From positions 35,707-99,706 of the forward strand of contig NW_018479894.1 in NCBI RefSeq assembly GCF_002113885.1: 64,000 nucleotides of DNA. Direction: 5' to 3'. This document shows positions 59,301 through 64,000 of this stretch, piece after piece. The notes under the pieces were generated by a model. It ran no database searches, was not told where the DNA came from, and saw only the letters and a list, made by a program, of their open reading frames with translations. Each line of letters starts with the position of its first letter. The first letter of the stretch is position 1. The position numbers and the translations under genes are program-made. This DNA is from Mizuhopecten yessoensis. Lineage: Eukaryota.

Positions 59301-62289
59301 CAGATGTATTGGTAATACGGACAATTGTTTTCACCACCGGATATGGACGGAATGAACAACAGTATGGTTGTGATATTCTTCACATCAACATTAACGCTGG
59401 CTGATCGGACACAGTGATAGATTTGTATGTGATGTAATGTATCACAATAATCCAGTGTCCAGTTCAGTTTTAACGATGGAAAAAAAGCGAAAGGAATATA
59501 TTGAAATGTTTCTATCAACATGTTGGCAGCTTCAATATTGAAAGAAATTGAAAAAGTTTTTGACCTCATACATGTTGACGAGAAAGCTCTAGCAGGCTTT
59601 GATTATATGGACAAGAAATTCAAGAAAATATTACCTCATGTCATGATTCTGTGTTTTATTTAACAAATTTAAATTGACAAATAGATAAAGTTAATGATAC
59701 CAATAAATACACACGAATATATCTTGAAAGCTGTCTTTGATTTTTTTCCAGATAAAAACTCAAGCAGCGATAAAGAGATTGCGGTTGCAAGAGTTTTCTT
59801 TCGAAAAATATCATCTGTTGATGTAATATATATGCCTTAGTCTTTAATGTAGAGAACTCTTAAAAAGGAAAAGGTTAAATCGCTGAATCGTTGAATACAA
59901 AAAAGATATATTGAAATACTATGTAACATCCAATTAAAGCCATACTTTTTAACTACAAAACTAAGTAGTTTAATATCGTTCAATAACTAATGCAGTGCTT
60001 AAAATATAGATACTAATCATTAATGTATCTTCAAAGGGAAACAAACTTGTATTTAATTTGTTTAAATGTAGATGCGTCCTCTGCACTGTTTCTGTATTTA
60101 GATTGTGGGGAGAATGTGATAATCATGGTGTTGGTTACATAACCTTTTGTACCTTTTGTATTGCTTCACAGCCTCAAGAACTTGAGGTGTTTACTTACTC
60201 ATTTTGAAATTTTGCCAAAACTAGTACAAGAGATGTCGATGGTGAGCAGTTTTACACAGATATTACATAAACAGTACGTGATATTCCGATAGATTGAAGA
60301 CAATGATTACAAACAACATTTGACATTAACTCTGATGTTGTATAAAATTTATTCTCAAAATATACTAACCATTACAATAAAAATAAAATTAATATTTCTA
60401 AACAAACGATGTTCTTTAACCTTGCAACATCACATGCTTTGGCCATGTGACGTACTATAAGGACGTATTGTGACGTCAATGTTTGCCGACGTAGAAGTCG
60501 CCCGCAGGCTTGATGTTAGTGTTACAGTGTGACGTCGTGCAGCAGTAGTGACAGGTGCCCCGAAGGACGGAGTTACCGTCGTAGTCGAGACAGAGGCTCT
60601 GGTCGGAGGACTGAAGTAGCCACAAAGACCGGCAAACAGTTTCCGTGACACACCTTTAACACACAGAGGCAAAGAAGACTCAAAAGTTACCAGGCGCGTA
60701 TAGTATGCAACAAACACAGGGACAAAAACAGAGGTAGCAAGGTGTGTATCACATACAACAAACACAAATGCAGATGTTACAAGGTAAGTGTAACATGCAA
60801 CATACATAGGAACACAAATGCAGAAGTTACAAGGCGTGTATTACATGCAACATACACAGGATAAAATAACAAAGTTACATGGCGTGTATTACATGCGAAA
60901 AGACTTGAACGTAGCTAGCCGCGTTAATTATACAACGGACACATGTGCAAAAGGCTCAGAGGTTACAAGGTTAAATATACAAAGGACACACGTGCAGAAG
61001 GGTCAGAGGTTACAAGGTTAAGTATACAAAGCACACACGTGCAGAAGGCTCAGAGGTTACAAGGGTAAATATACAAAGGACACACGTGCAGAAGGCTGAG
61101 AGGTTACAACGTTAAATATACAAAGGACACACGTGCAGAAGGCTCAGAGTTTACAAGGTTAAATATACAAAGGACACACGTGCAGAAGGGTCAGAGGTTA
61201 CAAGGTTAAGTATACAAAGCACACACGTGCAGAAGGCTCAGAGGTTACAAGGTTAAATATACAAAGGACACCCGTGCAGAAGGCTCAGAGGTTACAAGGG
61301 TAAATATACAAAGGACACACGTGCAGAAGGCTCAGAGGTTACAAGGGTAAATATACAAAGGACACACGTGCAGAAGGCTCAGAGTTTACAAGGTTAAATA
61401 TACAAAGGACACCCGTGCAGAAGGCTCAGAGGTTACAAGGCTAAATATACAAAGGACACACGTGCAGAAGGCTCAGAGTTTACAAGGTTAAATATACAAA
61501 GGACACGCGTGCAGAAGGCTCAGAGGTTACAAGGTGAAGTATACAAAGGACACACGTGCAGAAGGGTCAGAGGTTACAAGGTTAAGTATACAAAGGACAC
61601 ACGTGCAGAAGGGTCAGAGGTTACAAGGTTAAGTATACAAAGGACACACGTGCAGAAGGGTCAGAGGTTACAAGGTTAAGTATACAAAGCACACACGTGC
61701 AGAAGGCTCAGAGGTTACAAGGTTAAATATACGAAGGACACACGTGCAGAAGGCTCAGAGTTTACAAGGTTAAATATACAAAGGACACACGTGCAGAAGG
61801 CTCAGAGGTTACAAGGCTCATAAAACATACATGTATCAGATGACGTAAATACATTGAATCAAAGTGTATTTCAATTTGCCTTTTGAAATTTTTAACCAGT
61901 ATCATTAAACATATAGATAATACATTTAATTATGACAGATTTAGGTCAATATTAGATAATGATATTATTATAATGAAAGGTAAGCAACAGAGAAGCATTT
62001 AATATGCATTAAAACAACAGATTTGTCTGCCTTTTGAAGGTAACACACGGTATCATTTGTCAGTAACATCATTATCTTGTTTTCGTAGGTAAGAGACATG
62101 TAAGTAACATAATCGTGTACCTCTTGAAGACTTGTAGGTTGCCATTACTGTCGCCCTCTACTGAAGTCAAACAGTAATTATGACCAGGCGCGCAAGGCCG
62201 GATTGCGTGGTTCGAACTTGTTTCTCGCACGAGACAAGGAATGCCAAGGTCTTCGTGGCCACACACGTGACAGCTTTGCGCTGGCGTCA
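53161..62289 (-). CDS. 3' part of a gene encoding 12-Cys Ly6/uPAR/three-finger-like domains with Ser/Thr-rich mucin-like spacers (5' end not found in this window)
   Basis: Exons 62289-62121 (phase 1-2), 60610-60456 (2-1, less certain), 59065-58814 (1-1), 55602-55464 (1-2), 54895-54727 (2-stop), 53900-53765 (1-2), 53350-53161 (2-stop). Domains read CxxC...C...C...YC then C...C...C...CxxCC-x4-CN. Confidence 0.7.
53415..53700. repeat. Degenerate tandem repeat of about 52 bp, about 5 copies, intronic
   Basis: TATTGACAATCCCTGTAAAGTGTATGATGA...CCTCGTACAGTACATAAT. Confidence 0.8.
53765..53900 (-). CDS. Cys-rich domain N-half, exon A3
   Basis: SQMCITCTGTACNGNLSPSHCPLGKDYCMSSIVDSADGSRNQTR; CCCAG| ... 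AAG|GTAAGA. Confidence 0.8.
54727..54895 (-). CDS. Cys-rich domain C-half, exon B2 (ends in a stop)
   Basis: CATETDCRGANRSSDDRRCRDYDPSNLYLDDFRCSWCCNTALCNTGTVPSDLYSP*. Confidence 0.8.
55464..55602 (-). CDS. Cys-rich domain N-half, exon A2
   Basis: SCNLCNGPPFICEDRYIAHQCQSVDQQFCVTTIHNNDDGTRSVFR; CCCCAG| ... AG|GTCAGT. Confidence 0.8.
55607..58410. repeat. 38-bp minisatellite, about 74 copies with a highly homogeneous core, abutting a splice acceptor; decays into related sequence to about 58630
   Basis: Unit AGGACAGAAAACAGCCACATATACACAAAGCCAAGTAT. Confidence 0.97.
58690..58824 (-). repeat. 47-48 bp triplication of the mucin exon donor site
   Basis: ACACGACCCA|GTAAGTATATTTGTT donors at 58813, 58765 and 58718. 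Confidence 0.9.
58814..59065 (-). CDS. Thr/Ser/Pro-rich mucin-like exon with an internal 60-bp duplication
   Basis: TTSPMSSPMTSTVASS...PPTSGTTTEAAPSTTLTPSTT twice...PTRP; TTGACAG| ... A|GTAAGT. Confidence 0.8.
58984..59336. other. Assembly gap (N at 59160) with a 176-bp exact duplication across it
   Basis: 58984-59159 equals 59161-59336, the signature of an unmerged contig overlap. Confidence 0.9.
60456..60610 (-). CDS. Possible second Ser/Thr-rich exon
   Basis: PPTRASVSTTTVTPSFGAPVTT...IRPY; CTTCAG| ... A|GTACGT; phases fit both neighbours. Confidence 0.45.
60935..61818. repeat. 47-bp minisatellite, about 19 copies
   Basis: Unit CAAGGTTAAATATACAAAGGACACACGTGCAGAAGGCTCAGAGGTTA. Confidence 0.95.
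62121..62289 (-). CDS. Cys-rich domain N-half, exon A1
   Basis: TPAQSCHVCGHEDLGIPC...CAPGHNYCLTSVEGDSNGNLQVFK; TTCTAG| ... AG|GTACAC. Confidence 0.75.
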
Positions 62290-62929
62290 CTAGAACGGTA
62301 GAAACGCGCTATTGGACACAAGTAGTGTAATCCAGTGAATACCAAACATATCGTATATTTAATTAAAATATTTACCATTATGATAAACATGTCTTGTAAA
62401 CGATTAACACTGCTTATGATGCTGAGGGATCCCCCCGGACATCACATACAAGCATGTCTGATTTGCTAAACCATTTTATTGTCTAACAGTTTAAGGTTTT
62501 GATGAATATCAATTGTATATACCATTGTGATATCCAAGAGATATGACACGGAGACCAAATACGCGACCCACTAATAATCCAACCTGCTCTCACGATGACG
62601 TGGTTGTTTGTACCACGTACCGTAGGCAACAAACGGGACACAGTGTACGACCTTGTGCCACTGATGTGCCGTATTAATGTATTGCTTGATACGTCTGTAG
62701 AAAAATGGGCAAGGTCAGGATACACTCATACAGATGTTGTGTATTTGTTCACCAATGAGACATAATGGTAGTCTTGGTTTCGACGTTGCAACAGTCCAAC
62801 CGGATATATTGTTACGTTTGAAGGCTTTTCGGAACCCTACAGGAACACAAGGTGTCCAATTTACTTGAATATTTATTCGATTCGTTTCCTCTTGTACGAA
62901 CAATAAAAGAGGATACTAACGACCTTTGG

Positions 62930-63640
62930 AAAGAAATAACAAAATTATCGAAACATAAGCAAAACCGTAATTCAAACACCCTTGAAAAAGTACACAGAAA
63001 AAACGACCAGGTGTTCCAGAAGGGTAGACGTGAGTCTGCTTCATCGATGTAGTTACCTGTGTTAATATATGTAAAATCCAAGGAATTTTTACATTCTCGT
63101 AAATTGCAATCAGGAACACTTCTGTCATATCAGTCCCGCTAATCTTAATATTACTTTACTAAGATAGGACTATCACAAACAAGGACAGCTTACCATTAAG
63201 CTGTATTGACGATTTCAATCTTCCAATCGCGAAATTTCCATTTCTTGAATGTAACGTCCCTGTTCCCCCACCAACAGTGTTTAACATGTCGCGTTTGATT
63301 CAATATTTGCCATCATGCTTTGAATATTACACTTTCTGCAATACTTGTCTAAATCTGACGAAACAAAGACTATGGACAGGTTTTATGTTCGCCTAATCAT
63401 GTCATTTGGAAATATTTGTTTCTTTGTGTGATATGAATACCGATTAACACTGTTTATGTCCATAAGTTTTCATTTTGGTTTCGTTGTGATAACACTGGTC
63501 CCCTTGTTAAGGACGTGACATCACTTGGATCTGATCTACATTTATACCACCGGTGTCGTCAATGAAACTGGAGACATGTACGTTTCCAGAACAGATGGTA
63601 TAGTTCTCTTATTTAGATTTACATGGGTCCTTGTGTAAAA
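62930..63640. mobile_element. Penelope-like remnants (3' end on minus at about 62930-63050; RT C-terminus on plus at about 63160-63640)
   Basis: DDFNLPIAKFPFLECNVP at about 63208-63261 resembles the PLE motif DDFNF.I.NFP.L.SNIP. Confidence 0.55.
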
Positions 63641-64000
63641 CTTTCCTTGGTTCATAATTTGCCGTAGTGTCAGCAGAAAGTTAAAATTGCGGTTCATTAG
63701 TAACGCTATGCTATACCCCATAGTTAAAAGCCGTTAAAAATTATAAAGCATACATTGCGGTCTCATATATGTTGTTAAATACTTACAAATAGGTGTCCAA
63801 CAGTGTTACATGGTTATAAACATTGTGTAATAAATATACAATGACATCATTTTGTTTATTGATTAGGCGTCAGTTCATATAGTGGCACACTTATTTATCA
63901 GGACTATCGAAGATACCCATCCATATACTTTTACATTAACAGATTTTAAAACGGCCCGTTTTAAGGTTGAATGAATTGACGTGGCTACAACGAAGGTATA

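Noticed and set aside
58984-59336. Tandem duplication of the mucin exon 5' end
   Set aside because: Exact copy centred on an N; most likely an unmerged contig overlap.
62584-62694. Further upstream exon of the Cys-rich/mucin gene (111 nt, phase 1-1)
   Set aside because: The acceptor is good but the donor is weak (GTTGGA) and the peptide is uninformative; cannot be supported without cDNA.

Overview
AT-rich animal genomic DNA, most likely from a bivalve mollusc (inferred from Helentron-type HINEs with internal satellites, V-domain SINEs and Penelope remnants). Three spliced host genes can be rebuilt by hand on the minus strand. (1) A 3-exon MYORG-like GH31 glycosidase (699 aa) in which both catalytic Asp positions appear substituted. 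(2) A 13-coding-exon RNF212-family meiotic RING E3 ligase (about 269 aa) that the ORF track essentially misses. (3) The 3' part of a gene with cysteine-rich Ly6/three-finger-like domains and Ser/Thr mucin-like exons. Intron 1 of the MYORG-like gene holds a decayed CR1-type LINE and an intact, very young Gypsy LTR retrotransposon (8075-15702; identical 197-bp LTRs, GTTT TSD, tRNA-Ser PBS, PPT, -1 frameshift signal). That element has an unusual architecture: an extra upstream ORF with a complete SGNH-hydrolase motif set, a ComEA-like helix-hairpin-helix domain on Gag, and a PHD finger after integrase. A second recurring pattern is that many minisatellites are tandem amplifications of the host genes' own splice sites. 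The rest is HINEs, MITEs, SINEs, RTE/CR1/Penelope remnants and minisatellites, plus two single-N assembly gaps. All family assignments are from motif recognition by eye; no database search was run.
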